A stretch of DNA of 64,000 nucleotides from Callorhinchus milii (GCF_018977255.1 NW_024704743.1:46564001-46628000); one strand, 5' to 3'. Shown: positions 40,471 through 54,222, counted from the stretch's first letter. Notes: generated by a model from the sequence alone, not told the origin. Made by a program: numbers and translations.

Positions 40471-43400
40471 GGATGTTGATGGCTCATTACAGCCTTCACA
40501 GGCTTTGGGATGTTTGCAGTGCTTGGTACGCGTGTTAAAGATCCACCATAATAATAATAATAATGCAAGGATTATTATTATTATTATTATCAATTCATGA
40601 TTATGGGTAGAGGGAGGTAAGCGGGGTCTCCTTGGGTCTGGAGTGGCTCAAACGTGACCTATTTGGCAACAGAATGTCAGAATTAAATCAATCCTTCCAT
40701 GGTGGTCTGGGTAGTCTGAGTCATGAGCCAGCCAGGTCCACAATAATCCAAGACACTAATGATAACAGACCAGCCAGCCTCACTCATCTGCAGGATTTGG
40801 AGAAGCATCTCTGAGACATAGATTTATCTGTTAACCCTGGAAGCCAAAGCTCTTAACAGGTAGGCTAGCCATTGCTGGATGAGCAGCAGGAAGCTTGCTG
40901 GACAGTGCACTCAGTAACTAGCTACGTGGATTTATTCCAAATGCAACCAACAGCCAACCCTCCCCTGGCCAATACCTGGATGAAGGGTTTAAGCAGAAGC
41001 AATGTGGTGTTTGTCATCGATGTGCGCTTAACTAGTTTTGCAATCTACTTTCTTATTTTCCTGTTGTTCTGGCAACCAGCACAGCTATAGAGATACAATC
41101 TTATAAACAGTAAAAATTTAATTGCAAACATATTTAAATTGTGAGATCTGTATGGGGATTGCCAGCCTTTTTCTCCCCTTTCTTCCGTGAAAACACTGAT
41201 TAGTGCTGACATACGGATCCACCAACCATCCTCAAGATCTCACCTAAATGGCCATCCATCATGTGTGAGCGTAGACAATGAGTGTCAATGGGATGTTCAA
41301 CACGTGGAAGGCATCGCAACCAAAGCCTGTTCTCATTCTTGCCCAACATTCCAGTACAGATCACCAGATAGCAATGACTGATCAACTGTCTCTGGCTGAG
41401 ATGAACAAACTCAGCACTGTACAGAACCAATTCTGCAACCTCCTATTGCTACATATGAAGATGACTTTGCCCACCAGGCAATTGAGGGAAGCCTCTGTGT
41501 TTCAACATAAGGGCTAAACCATTCCTGTCATTAATGCTATCATTAATGACTTTGTTATCATTTAGCAGCCGCTGATAGTGGAATAGTTTACCATTTGCTT
41601 TTGGACCTATTGTCAGATTTTTCACATTTGTAGCCTACAAAAGGCCTGAAAAAGCCATACAAATGGTGTTCCCTCAGGCCTTCAGCCGCTATCTCACATT
41701 GTAGAAACACTGAAGGGGCAAATACCCAATCCCTTTGGCTCATATGTTGCTTCGGTTGCTAGATGCAAGACAGATGAGACCTCATCGTCTTGTGAGGGTG
41801 ATCATCGTCCTGGAGGTGAATAGCTCCAGGCTTTTCCCTTTCCTATTGTGTCAGGTCCCTCAGATTTTGAGCATAGTTGTCCATCCCTCCCCTTTCCTCC
41901 ATTCCTTCCTCCTTATTTTCTTCTTCCTCAGAGAAAACGATGGCAAGCCGATTCTTCAGACAATCAGTTATGATTTAGAAAGTGGACAAATCTTCAACCT
42001 ACAGCTATCTTTTAAACCCCACAATTGTGCCTTCACCTGCTCAGCTTTCCCCCACCTCCATAATATTCAACGTGTTTGCTTTTCTGCTGCACAAGACATT
42101 GTGCTGCATTCAGAAAACTTTACGGATAGTGCAGACACTGAATATGAGATATGTGTTTTTATAGGCCCTGCAATGTGTTATTGGATTCAGGATCACGTCA
42201 GCCGTCATTACATCTGGTTGATATTAATACGATGAATGTGAAAAGAATACACAGTCTCAGTGGGCGTCCTCTCCTCACTCACATGGTGCTGAGGATTGCC
42301 GCCCTTATTGTTGCAGTTGTCAGTAATTTTGTCAGTAAGCGCAGCTCCGCCCCTGCCCTGGCAGCATTTAGAATGAGATTCCTTCACCTTTTCTGCCCTT
42401 TTGAAATTGTTCGGCTGATTGTTGCTGTCTTCTTAATCTCCTCTTGATGTTTGACATGCTGATGTTTTTAGGCACTGTTGTAGTCTGGCTATTTCGGTGC
42501 ACTCCCCGCTTCCCCTTCCCATGCGGTAGGAAAACCATTATTTCTCTTTCCTTCATTGGAAACACCTCTCCTTGTTAAAATGTGACTTGTGCCTCCGCGT
42601 GGTTTGATGCGTCATCTGTGCTCACTTTCTGTCAGGGTAAGATGAGCCACGCTTATTAGCAAAAAACAAGTGGCTGATTTTTGGTAGCTAAGCAGTTTTA
42701 TTTGCATCATTATATATTACATTCCTTTGGATGGTTTAACTTACCATCTGCTGCAAATCAAGATGCAAGACAACAGAAAATGGCATTCCAAAGTTTGGGC
42801 GTCAGCTGAGTGTATCTGCTGGGCAGTCACTGTTCGAAGAGTTTAATGCCCACAGGCAGATTGTGTGTATGAGTTAAATGGCTGTTCTCCACAGCAAGGC
42901 AGGAATCTTAACAACAATTTTCTTTGAAACAACAACTAAAAGAGCAAAATTACTGCCAAACCATCATCTCATTCTTTATTTACACTCTTAGCTAAAAATA
43001 TCAGTAATAATAAAAATAATCCCTACATTTGGTATAGCACCTTATCATGTCATTCAAATCATCTCAAAGTGCTTCATGGGAATTACTGTGAAGCGATTGT
43101 GTAGGTATAGGCCAAAGTTCCATGATTCTGGTAGCCAAATGTTGTGAGGGTTAATGTCGAGGGGGGCTTCGGTGGTTGGGGTGTGTGTGTGGGGTGGGTT
43201 TGCTAATGTTCAGTTGAGGCTTGGTATTCCGGAGGATATGTACATCTTCACAACAACAGCGAATAAAATCAAGTGATTCATTCTATCCTGTAACTAGTAT
43301 ATAATAATAATATAATAATCCTTGCATTCGATATAACACCTTATCATGTCTTCGTGACGTCTCATATAATTTGAATGTGGATGAGTTTCCCACATTAAAG

Positions 43401-45233
43401 GTGCTATATAAATGCAATTTGTTGTTGTTGAATGTGGGCATGTCTGTTGCCTTCAGAAACCATGCTAGCTATATCTCCTTTATGCTGTGTATTATATCAT
43501 GAGAACACTACCAGCCTTGTCAATCACCCGCTCAGTAGCTCCAAACAATACACGATACGTTATTGGTCACAAGGCCAATAAAACTTTATTGCTGGTCAAT
43601 AAAGAGATAAATCTTGCGTGTATACATATCATTGAAAGTCTCTTGTTATTAAAAAAAGTCATTCAACTTGAAAGATTGCTGTAAGGATTTTAAATTATTG
43701 GAAAATTATCAAGAATAAATTATGTCATTAGTGCCATTGTGCCCAACATTTAAAAAGCAGCTTAACGAAGTGATGGGTGATGGTAGAGTGGGTATTCTGG
43801 ACGGATAATAATAATAATAATCCTTGCATTTGATATAATGCTTATCACGTCTCTGAACAGAATATATTCTAAAGTGAATTGACTGTATTTTGTGGCAATG
43901 AGGATGAGATCAAATGGACCAAAGGGTCTACTTCATCCAAACCCTTCTTGTGATGCCTAATTCACTTACACACCATAACCAAATCTATAGATGTTACACA
44001 AATACACAGACACACAAATATGCCCCCAAAATAACAACACATTTGAAAAATTGAAATAATGGCAGCCTTGGAATCAGTGTCACTGTCAGGCTCACACAGT
44101 TATATGCTGGTAATGTGCCACAATTCTTTGGAAGTGCAGTTTAATTTTGTGTTCAACTAAGGGTGATCTTATAGATGCTGCAACATTTCCACCAGAGCCA
44201 TAAAGCAATGTCCAAGTATCCTCAAAGTCGTTGAAATGTGAAGGCAGTTATAACTCAAATTGAAGAGATAGTAGCCGTGAGCAAATGGTCAGTTGAATTA
44301 GTTTATATTCGTTGTCAGCTTCAGGATGTAGTTTGTATTTAAGAAGGTGGGAATAGTTTCTGTGGACTTTGGTTAAGAATGCAGTGATGTGTGCCATAGA
44401 CCGTCTGTGCTGGCTGGAGAACTTATCAACTGCTCTCCTGCATCTCTGACTGATTCCTGCCCACTGTGCGTACCTTTATTTCCCATCTGCACTGATTGTT
44501 GGGGAAGGAGCCATTGTTTTGATCAAAAATCAATGCCACACAAGTAAAAGAGAGGAAAGAAACAGTTCCAATCATGAAGAAAAGTAGATACCTAGAGAAT
44601 GCACATGTTCATCATCCAAAATTTGTTGGGGTACATTTAATGTGATTCTGCATGTCCGGCTCGTGGAGGATCGGTTGAAACAACTGGGATCACAATATAG
44701 CCAAGTGACGTTGGCTCATGTTTTGAAGGATAAATCTGCTTGACCTGCTCGTGGGATCCAGAGATCCTTTCCAATGATTCTAGCAAAAAAGCCACATTCT
44801 GAAACAGGATTTCTAAAGGTTGGTTGTTTGGTCATTTTGAAGAGCTGTTTTATGCCCAAATAGAGGGTCTTGTAGCTTTTCTGGATGGAAATAAACTGGC
44901 ATTTTGTCAAAGCAGCCATTCCCCAAGGATAATGGCTTCTCTCAAGACATGAAAAAAGAATCATCACAACATCGAAATCTCTTCCTCTACCACACCTCCC
45001 CCTTCCACCAACTTTTGTCGAACAAAAATGACCAGTGTCCTGGTATTCGTAAATGTTATTTTTTTGTGAAGAGATGCGATTTATCAATAGCAGCACAGAC
45101 TATAAGGTGTGACTTTTCACTTGCTAAGCATCTTAAGCCCAGCAAAGTAAGTGAGGGTAGACAGTCTCTCTGTGCAAACTGCAGAGGAAGATCTGATCAG
45201 AGGAGCTGCACTTCACCTCACACAGAACTAGTT

Positions 45234-47215
45234 ACAACAACAACAATTACTTGGATTTATAAAGCGTCCCCCACGCCGGACGGCATCTCAGAGCACTTTT
45301 CAGTAACAGATCCCAGGGCCGAGCCAGGAGGATGGGGAGGAAGGTGACTAAAGGCGTGGTTGAAGAGAAAGTCTTCAGCAGGGACCTGAAAATAAGAAGA
45401 GAGGGAGCGAGGCGAATGGAGTGAGGAAGGGAATTCCTGAGCCTCGGAGCATAGTGGCTGAACGCACAGCCACCGAGCGTGGAGCGGAGGACTTGAGGGA
45501 TGAGGAGGAGGCCAGACCTGGAGGAACGAAGTCAACGGGTACTGTTTTTAGGAGAGAGGAGGTCAGAGAGGAAGAGGGGTGCAGAGGGGTGGAGGGATTT
45601 GAATACAAGGGTGAGGATCTTGAAGTCGATCCTCTCTGGGACAGGCAGCCAGTGCAGTCTGGCAAGGACTGGGGTGATCGGGGAGCAGAGTTTGGTGCGG
45701 GTGAGAATGCGGGCGGCAGAGTTTTGAATGATTTGGATTTTATGGATGGTAGTGGATGATAGAGATGACAAAGGCATGGACTAGGGTTTCAGCAGCTTTC
45801 GGAGAGAGCTTTTGGTGGAGACGGGCGATGAGGTGGAAGAAGGCTGTGCTGGTGAGGGACTGGATGTGGAGGAGGAAGGATAATTGGGGGTCGAACCTGA
45901 TGCCTAGGTTGCGTACAGGTTTGGAGAGTTTTAGGGGGAGGTCAGGGAGGTGGAGGAAGTGAGAACCATGAGATTTTAGACGTTGACGAGAGCCAAAGAG
46001 TATGGCTTCAGTCTTGTCAACGTTCAGCTGAAGGAAATTTTCGCTCATCCAGCCTCTTAGGTTCAACAGGCAGGCTGACAGAACATCAGGGGACTGGGGG
46101 TCGCAAAGAGAGGTGGAAAAAAGAGTTGGGTGTCGTCCGCGTGCATGTGGAAATGTACCCCATGTCTGCGGATGACATCCCCAAGAGGGAGCATGTAGAT
46201 CAGAAAGAGGAGGGGGCCAAGGATGGATCCTTGGGGTACCCCACAGATAACCGGGTGAGAACGGGAGGAGAAGCCGTTTGTGCAGATGTACTGCTGGCGG
46301 TTTGTGAGGTAGGACTCGAACCATGCGAGTGCGTCTCACTGAGGTAGATGACGGAGGAAAGGTGGTGGAGGAGGATGGCGTGATCGACTGTGTCGAACGC
46401 GGCGGAGAGGTCCAGGAGGACAAGGAGGCAGAGGGAGCCCGGGTCACAGATAGAGAGGATGTCATTTGTGACTTTCACAAGCGCAGTCTCTGTACTGTGG
46501 GCGGAAACCGGATTGGAGGGGTTCGAAGAGGGAGTGGGAGGAGAGGTGTGCGCAAAGTTGATTGATAACAACGCATTCTAGGACTTTTGCGAGGAAGGGC
46601 AGGTTAGAAGTAGGGCGGTAGTGGCTGGGGTTGAGGAATCTAGGGAAGGTGTTTTGAGGACAGGGGTGATGACAGCAGTTTTGAGAGGGGCAGGGACTGA
46701 TCCGTAGGAAACTGATTGATGACGTCAGCCATTAGTGGCAGAGGAGGGGGAGCTGGGTGACCAGCAAGTTGGTGGGGAGGGGGTCGAGGCAGCAGGTGGT
46801 GGGTTTCATTGAGGTGATGGTGGGTGAGGGGGAGGAGGGAGAGATGGGGAGGAAGGAACGTAGGAGGGGGTGGTGGTAGGAGCGGATGATAGGGAGGATG
46901 AGTGGGACAGAGAGGGTGTGGTGGTGGGTGACAAGAGGCAGGTGGATGAGACTGCCTGGCGGATGTTATGAATTTTGGATGAAAAGAAGTCCATGACCTC
47001 CTCGCACTTGGCATTTGATGTGAAGATTGAGGAGGCCTGAGGGGGAGCACGGAGGAAGTAGTGGGTGGTGGAAAAAAGGATTTTAGGCTAGTGTTTAGCC
47101 TCCAAGATGATGTTGGACTAAAAGGCCATCTTCGCTCATGTCAAGGAACGGCGGTAGCTGTGGAGATGCTCGAGCCACAGTTGGCAGTGGACTGTCAGGC
47201 CAGTTTTCCGCCATT
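45234..47215 (-). mobile_element. L2 LINE, ~2-kb frameshifted ORF2 remnant
   Basis: [15 protein letters not shown]...[44 protein letters not shown]; (CAA)n tail at 45234. Confidence 0.95.
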
Positions 47216-47849
47216 AGTTATTGTCTAAGAGGCAGATAATTATTGACTGAAGACAGCAATTGAAAATAAAGTTTCACCTAAAGGAAGAGATACCCCATCC
47301 GACCTGCTGTCCAATCGGTCATGTTGGTCCCTGCTACTGTAGCGTGTTTGTAACCTGTGCCAACCATATATCAGCACCTTAAAGTGCTGACGGGACACTG
47401 GAATTGAAGTAGTCTAAACAATGGAATTTGCTGCATGAGTTAATAGTGGTATCAACTTCACCTATTAATTAAATCCATTTAAGGTTTTAATGTTGATAAC
47501 ATGGACATGTTTATGTCACAAATAAAGACCCTGTGAATTTTCACTAGAGATTTTAAGACTGTTTGTCTAATTTTACTTTAGATTCAGCCATTAACTTTAC
47601 AAATGTAAAGACGACTTTAATGCCCAGAGAACTGTCCTGTGTTCTGCTGGCGTTCGGGACAGATTCTCGTCAGATGGGTATTGGATTTGGCACTCAGGAA
47701 TGAGAAGACTTAGCTCAGTGATGTGTTGTCGACAGAATCTTCTTTAGTAACTGTGTTTCTATTTCATATGAGGAGCACTGATTCTCTGTGTAATTCTTCA
47801 GTATTCTTTCTGGAAAGTTTTAAAGTCTTGATTCATTTCTTTCTTTTAG

Positions 47850-47896
47850 ACTGGCATGGCTTTAACCTATGATCCCACCGCGGCTATGCAGAATGG
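47850..47896 (+). CDS. RBMS3: RBMS3 coding exon (47 nt)
   Basis: tttctttcttttag acceptor and GG|gtgagt donor. Encodes TGMALTYDPTAAMQNG. Phase 0 in, phase 2 out, compatible with both neighbouring exons. Confidence 0.94.
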
Positions 47897-47931
47897 GTGA
47901 GTATTTCATTATGCAAGTAGCTGTTCTTCAT

Positions 47932-49440
47932 AATAACAACAACAAAATTACAGTTATGGAGCGCCCTTCATGTCAGGAGGACTTTGCAAGGCGCTGGACA
48001 GTCAGCGGTCAGGACCCGAGCATGGGGGAGGGGTGGGGTAGGGATGAGGGAAGGCAGAGAGGTGGGAGGATGACTGAAGGCACGATCAAAGAGGAGAGTC
48101 TTGAGACCGGCCTTGAAGGAGGTAAGGGAGGAAGTGAGGCAAAGCGACTGTGGGATGGAGTTCCAGAGTGTGAAGGCAGAGAGGCTGAAAGCCCAGCCAC
48201 CGATGGTAGGGTGGGTTGGGCGGGAGACATGGAACAGGCCGGAGCCCCCTGAACGGAAGGACGGGCAGGTTGGTAGGGAGTCAGCAGGTCAGAGAGGTAG
48301 GAGAGGGCAAGGCCATGGATGGCCTCTAAAGTGAGAACGAGGATCTTGAATTCAATTCTCTGAGGGATGGTAAGGCAGTGGAGTCGGGCGAAGGTGGGAG
48401 TGATGGGGTCACGGAGCCTGGTGCGTGAGAGTACACGAGCTGCAGAGTTTTGGATGATCTGCAGCTTGTGAAGGGAAGAGTTGGGAAGGCCGATAAGGAG
48501 GGAGTTTCCATAATCGAGCCTTGATATGACGAATGCGTGGGTGAGGGTTTCGGCAGCCTGAGGGGTGAGGCAGTGCCGGAGTCTGGCAATGTTGTGGAGG
48601 TGGTGGTAAGCAGTGCCTGTCATGGCGCGGATGTTGGGGAAAAAAGACAGTTCAGGGTCAAGCAGCCGATACTGTCAGTGCCCGAGGTCGGAGGCACTGG
48701 CGCGAGCCAATCAGGAGGGCCTCGGTTTTGCTGACGTTCAGTTGGAGAAAGTTGTCCCTCATCCAGGACTTGATGTCGGACAGGCAGTCAGTCAGGATGC
48801 CAGTAGTCCTGGAGTTGAGGGTGGAGACAGAGAGAGAGAGTTGGGTGTCATCTGCATACATGTGGAAATTTACCCCATGTTTGCGGATGATGTCACCAAG
48901 GGGGAGCATGTAGAGGGTGAAGAGGAGGAGACCAAGGACAGAACCCTGAGGAACATTGAGACGGTGCGGGGGCTGGAGGAGAAGCCGTTTGCAGAGACAA
49001 AGTGGAGGCGGTGTGAAAGGTAGGACCTGAACCAGTCAAGGACAGAACCTTGAAGGTTGAGGTGGAAGGAGAGGCGGTGGAGGAGGATTGAGTGGTCCAC
49101 AGTATCAAAAGCGGTGGAGAGGTCGAGGAGAATGAGAAAGCAGAGGGAGCCCTGGTCACACATAGTCAGGATGTCATTTGTGACCTTGACTAGAGCAGTT
49201 TCCGTGGGCAGTTTTCATGGGCAGCATGGAAACCTGATTGGAAGAGCTCATGGAGGGAGTGGGAGGAAAGGAAAGAGCAAAGCTGAGAGGTGACGGCGAG
49301 TAGTGGGGAAGGAGGTGGAGCTGGGATTTAAGGAGAGGGGTGGGGATGGGGCCCAGGGAGCTGGTGGTGAGCTTCATGGAGGATATGGTGGTGATGACAG
49401 AGGAGGGGATGACAAGTTCAAAGGTGTAGAAGGAGGGATG
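47932..49440 (-). mobile_element. L2 LINE, ~1.5-kb ORF2 remnant
   Basis: [37 protein letters not shown]; (CAA)n tail at 47932-47946. Confidence 0.95.
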
Positions 49441-50778
49441 CCTTCAGGAACACAAGTAGATCACATCGAGTTTCCAGCAGGTCGTAGCTAAGTACTTTTG
49501 GTAACCGGAAGTAATCCTGTTCTGCACAACTTAGATTACTTATTAAGGAATCTCATTAAGAAGTGTTAAACACTGTATTCCCGCATCCCCCCCATCCCAC
49601 CACCACCACTCCGGTTGCCCCATCTACCACACTTGAATCAATCTGGAATTTAGCTTCAATATCGAGGCATGAGACCTATTCCAACAAAGCTGAGGGCTGT
49701 AAACTAAATGCGTCTCTGGTAAAGAAATACCGGATTTATGTCAACATTTTATATCTGCTATTTGCCACGTTGCTAGCCCAACATTAGTTGTACGTCAGTG
49801 TCAGTGATGAATAATCATGTACCAGTATTTACACATTTAAGGGTTAACTTGCATGAAATGCTATAAACATGCTTAAGTGCTCCTCTCAGCTCCAAGCTAT
49901 TTGCTCTATAGGGAGTGGGAGAACCTACTGCCAAAAGACATAATATATTTAAAACTACCTCCCTTCCTGCATGCCCTCCCCCTAGTACATTACATTAATA
50001 AACAGGGAAGGAAACTCACCATCATACCCTCAAGAGTTACAGACACACAGAATGCTTTCCTCATATTCTGAATTAAATGCATTAGTAAACCAGTCTTTAT
50101 TACCACAGTGCTTCCGAATGTTAATCCCTGTAGTACAGCTAGGCTGGAGCCATGCACTAATTATTTTGTAATAGAGTTGCCACAGCAGCAATTGCTGCAA
50201 AATATTCTTTTTTTNCTAATATGACCCTACCTGTGGTTCACTGTTAATCACCAGTCTCTTTCTTAAAAATGTCAAAATGTTTCCAGGTGTTGCAAAAAAC
50301 CTTAGAATAATTCTTTTTTTCAGCATAAGTATGTGTATAAATATTTAATCGAGCTCTGTCACAAGGGGCGATGGCAATATAGAAAATCCACTTTGGATGC
50401 AATACATTTTCAGTGTGCATCAGAATTTTACCAAGGCTCACAGGGATTCACACACGTACACATAAGAAAATAGGCACATATGTAGACATATGAGAGAGAA
50501 CAGAGAGAGAAATAATGTCATATTTTGGCTGTCAGGCTCACGTTGGCAAACACTTTGAGAATGAAATATTATGGCTGAAGGACATCTTTAAACATGAGCA
50601 GTCAGCGTTGCCTGACCTTTGATCTGTGCTATTTCACAAAGAACCATTGTAAATGTGATTCTTATGAAACCTCATTGCCCAGGAACAGACTTTAGAAGTT
50701 GAAAAGGGAATGATGCCAGCTGCTGTCTTGGTCTAGAACTTTGTTTTCTTACACTAATACTGTGTTTGCCTCCTACAG

Positions 50779-50875
50779 TTTTTATTCTTCACCGTACAGT
50801 ATTGCCACGAATCGTATGATTGCGCAGACATCTATCACACCATTCATTGCTGCTTCTCCTGTTTCCACGTATCAG
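50779..50875 (+). CDS. RBMS3: RBMS3 coding exon (97 nt)
   Basis: actaat branch-like motif, tcctacag acceptor, CAG|gtagga donor. First base completes the GG|T Gly codon, then [32 protein letters not shown]. Confidence 0.95.
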
Positions 50876-52352
50876 GTAGGAGGGAGTTTGCCACTTTGTG
50901 GTGGAAGCTGCTCTTTATTTGTTTTATTACAAGCACATTATTTTGCCCACAAACGTTAGCAGCGGGACTCTCAGTGTACCTTTCAAGCATTCAGCAGTTC
51001 GCTTTCTTATTGTCACTTGTGCAAGAGCAGGAGCTTTGTCAAACCTCTGAGTTGGTTGTGAGATTCTTTGATGAGTTGGTGCTGGCTGCAAGCCACGGGA
51101 ATGTTACACCTGAGGTCTAGTGATGAAGACGTCTCATGTTTGTTTCTCCAGCAGCCCTGACACTCTCAGACTTTGATTCAGATTTGTTCGGTTGCAAGAG
51201 ACACTGCGAGGCAGTCTCTTCATTTACTTGGAACATTTGTGGATACGTGTTCCAGCTCACCTGTCCATCCCTGGCTGGCTCGAAGCCATTGTTTGATTTG
51301 CAGATCACCCATCAGTTCCTCTGTCCCTATCTCACACCATGTTCTGGGCGACATAGGTGCTACTATGTTAACATAATCCCACAGGCATCCAAAAATGTCT
51401 GTCTTTTTCAGGATGCTTTTATTTCTGAATAGTAAATTTGTAGAAAAGTGTAACTGTCTACCAACATCAGTTAGTCTGAAGGTAAAAAGGGAATTCTGTC
51501 ATGTCTTCTATGCTTGAGTCGTTTACAGACTCCAAGGATCACTTGCCAGGAACAGACACGAGCTCCAGCTCTCCAACATTGCTGACACACTGATTGTTTG
51601 TCATCCATCCCATGTTGAAGTAGCTCCTGCTGTGTCTACCCTCAGTTGTGTCTGACTGTTATTTTAAAATGAGACACTGTGTTTGCACCTGTACCCTGAC
51701 TCGGTGGCCCAGTCTGATGGAATCAAAATCTCTTCTCTCTAATGGCTCCAATGGTCCTGGGAGGTAAAGATATCTCCTGCCCCTTGATCCCATAGCTCAT
51801 GCTTTTTATATATCAGGGAACCCTCACAGTAGATTAATTAGTTAATTAGTCAGGTGGATCTATTGGATATCATCAAACTTTTTTTAGGAGGAAAAATGAT
51901 GGCACGAAGGCAAAAATTTGAATCCAATTGAAATGAGGAGGGATGCGTTTCTTTAATGTTGAGACACATAAAACAAGATTACATTTTCTCACAACTGCCA
52001 TTGGCTACTCGTGAGGCTTGAAAGGTTTGCTAAGCTTTCAGAAAGTACATGCAGGCACCTGCACAACCTCAGTGTGTGGTAAAATGCAGAGTGAGAATCC
52101 GATAGCGCAGTCTAAAATGTTGCCGAATGCTCAGTTATCAAGTCAGGGAGCGAGCTTGTTACATCATGCTGGTTTTCCTCTCACAAGCAGAACTCTAAAT
52201 TACTGCCTGTTTATCAAACTTTAATTTTCCAAGCCTGCAGCTTGTGCAGATTTGCTTAATGTACATTTGTGGACTAAAGATCATTGTATAGGTTTGAGTG
52301 TGTAATGCATTTGTTGATGCATTGTGATTCATTTGGTTCGTTTTGCACACAG

Positions 52353-52403
52353 GTCCAGAGTACATCATGGATGCCTCATCAACCATATGTTATGCAACCA
52401 ACA
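52353..52403 (+). CDS. RBMS3: RBMS3 coding exon (51 nt, symmetric phase 0)
   Basis: ttttgcacacag acceptor and ACA|gtaagt donor. Encodes VQSTSWMPHQPYVMQPT, continuing the RBMS3 sequence. Confidence 0.93.
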
Positions 52404-53937
52404 GTAAGTTGTATTGATACCTTGTTTTCTGAGCAGATATTTCTGTCAAAGCCGCAGTCAGCCACCTAGTGCACAGGCAGGGTTTTGGCAGAGTAAAGTG
52501 GACTGGGCACATTGAAGTGGTTGATGTGACTTGTGTCCCTTTTGCAAGGCACAGTTACAGCAAACAAGGAGGTTCCAATATTATGGATAGGCAGAGAAGC
52601 CGGTTACAAGGGTCTGTGTTGCATGTACATTAAAAGGTGTATCGCTCGTTTCAACATGTGGTAGCCAGGAACACAAGTGGTTAAAAAAAATGTTTCACTT
52701 GAATTATTCACCTTTGACACACTCAAAGAACTGCAGAGACAAACTTGTTTTCATTGGGGAGAAGATGATTGGGGGGAGGAAGCGGCAAGATCCAGGTCTT
52801 TCAAATGATGCAAGTATTGATACTTCCGGTGCAACTAGACTTGGTCTATGAGCATAGGTTTAAACTAACACAAATCTCTAGTGACAAATCTCTAGCAGAT
52901 TCAAAGAGCTGTTATCACGTGCTGTATTGTGTATGTGGCTCAGACTGCCACCAAAACATTCAAGCTGTCTTAACTAACTCCTTTCAAAAACAACTGGCTT
53001 AATGTCTGAGGCCTGAAATCTCTCACTGCCTTAAAATTTGGGGTTGTGTGGATTTTGGGGGAAAAACTAAATTTGGTTTTGATGTTCAGTTTTGATGTGA
53101 ACTACAAAAAATAATTTGACTAACGAATTTATTTTTTTCCCCCAAAACCTGCACAATCCTAAGTTTTAAGACAATGGTCTTAAAGCAAAAATATGTACGT
53201 TTCAGTCTTCCAATTAGGAACAATATTGAAAGGGTATAGGGACAGGTAGAGCCTGAGATAAAGCCACATGATTTTTGTGCTGCTGAAGGCAGGTGAGAGG
53301 ACTGTTGTTTGTAAGGGAGCAAGTCAGGTATGAGAAGGGAAGATGGGAGCATGAATAAATATTCCCAAAGTTTTTCTTGCTCATATTGAGTATTTGTTAA
53401 GAACCTTCCTCTGGGAGACGGAGTGGCTTACGGTCACAGTTGATTATCTCTTGCGTGGTTGGTGGAGTCAGTTTATAAACTTCACACAATTTGAAAGATA
53501 CTCATTAATAATTTAAATTTATCAGCCAGTGTACTCAGTTTGAAGTTACAGAAAAATGAAATATAATATCAGGACATTCATAACATTTCATAACAGACCC
53601 GGAGTGATAATTATTACATTCACTGTGTTATTAAACCACATTTTTCACACCATTTATTTTCACCCATGGCTTAACACCTGAGATGGATAACCACAACTTG
53701 CATCTTTATAACGCACCTCAAGCAGGGTAGGATCCCAGAGTGCTTGACCAATTAACAGAAGCTCCTTGGATTTCTATTTTAAATCATTTCCTGCCCCCTT
53801 CCTCTCCAAAGGGCCCAAAATACTTATATTTAACCCATGAGAATATTCCTAATAATAATAATCCTTGAATGTGATATAGTACCTTATTATGTTGGAAAAT
53901 GGATCAAAATGCTTCACAGGATTTATTATTAAAAAAA

Positions 53938-54134
53938 TCGTTGCAATTGATATAGCACCTTATCATGTCTTTGAGACGTCTCAAGGCGCTTCACACAATA
54001 TACTGTAAAATGAATTGACTATCTTTTGTGGGCGAAACGTGGCAGCCAATTGTGCACAGCAGTGGTTCACAAACAGTCGTGCATTGAGTGACCAAATTAT
54101 TTTTAGAAAAAAGGCAACTGAACTTGTATCAAAC
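53938..54134 (-). mobile_element. SINE 3' half with a variant upstream segment
   Basis: Deu core and tail joined to ttttagaaaaaaggcaactgaacttgtatcaaac, which is also present inverted at 55818-55851. Confidence 0.8.
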
Positions 54135-54146
54135 TTATGTGGACTC

Positions 54147-54222
54147 ACAGTGCCACTGTCCTCTGTAAAGTCACAGTGCCACTGTACTTGCTAAAGGCAC
54201 ATTGCCACTGTCACGCCTGTAA
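54147..54222. repeat. Three imperfect ~25-bp tandem units (caca[g/t]tgccactgt...)
   Basis: Direct reading. Confidence 0.7.

Noticed and set aside
40547..40590. (ATA)n-tgcaagg-(ATT)n palindrome as a terminator or structured RNA
   Set aside because: It is an extremely truncated SINE tail (aatgcaaggattatt...) next to an AAT microsatellite.
51068..51165. C/D-box snoRNA (TGATGA...CTGA pairs)
   Set aside because: The box spacing is only about 40-45 nt and there is no convincing terminal stem.
54147..54222. CRISPR-like repeat-spacer array
   Set aside because: Only three degenerate ~25-bp tandem units with similar intervening sequence, in a eukaryotic context with no cas genes. It is a minisatellite.
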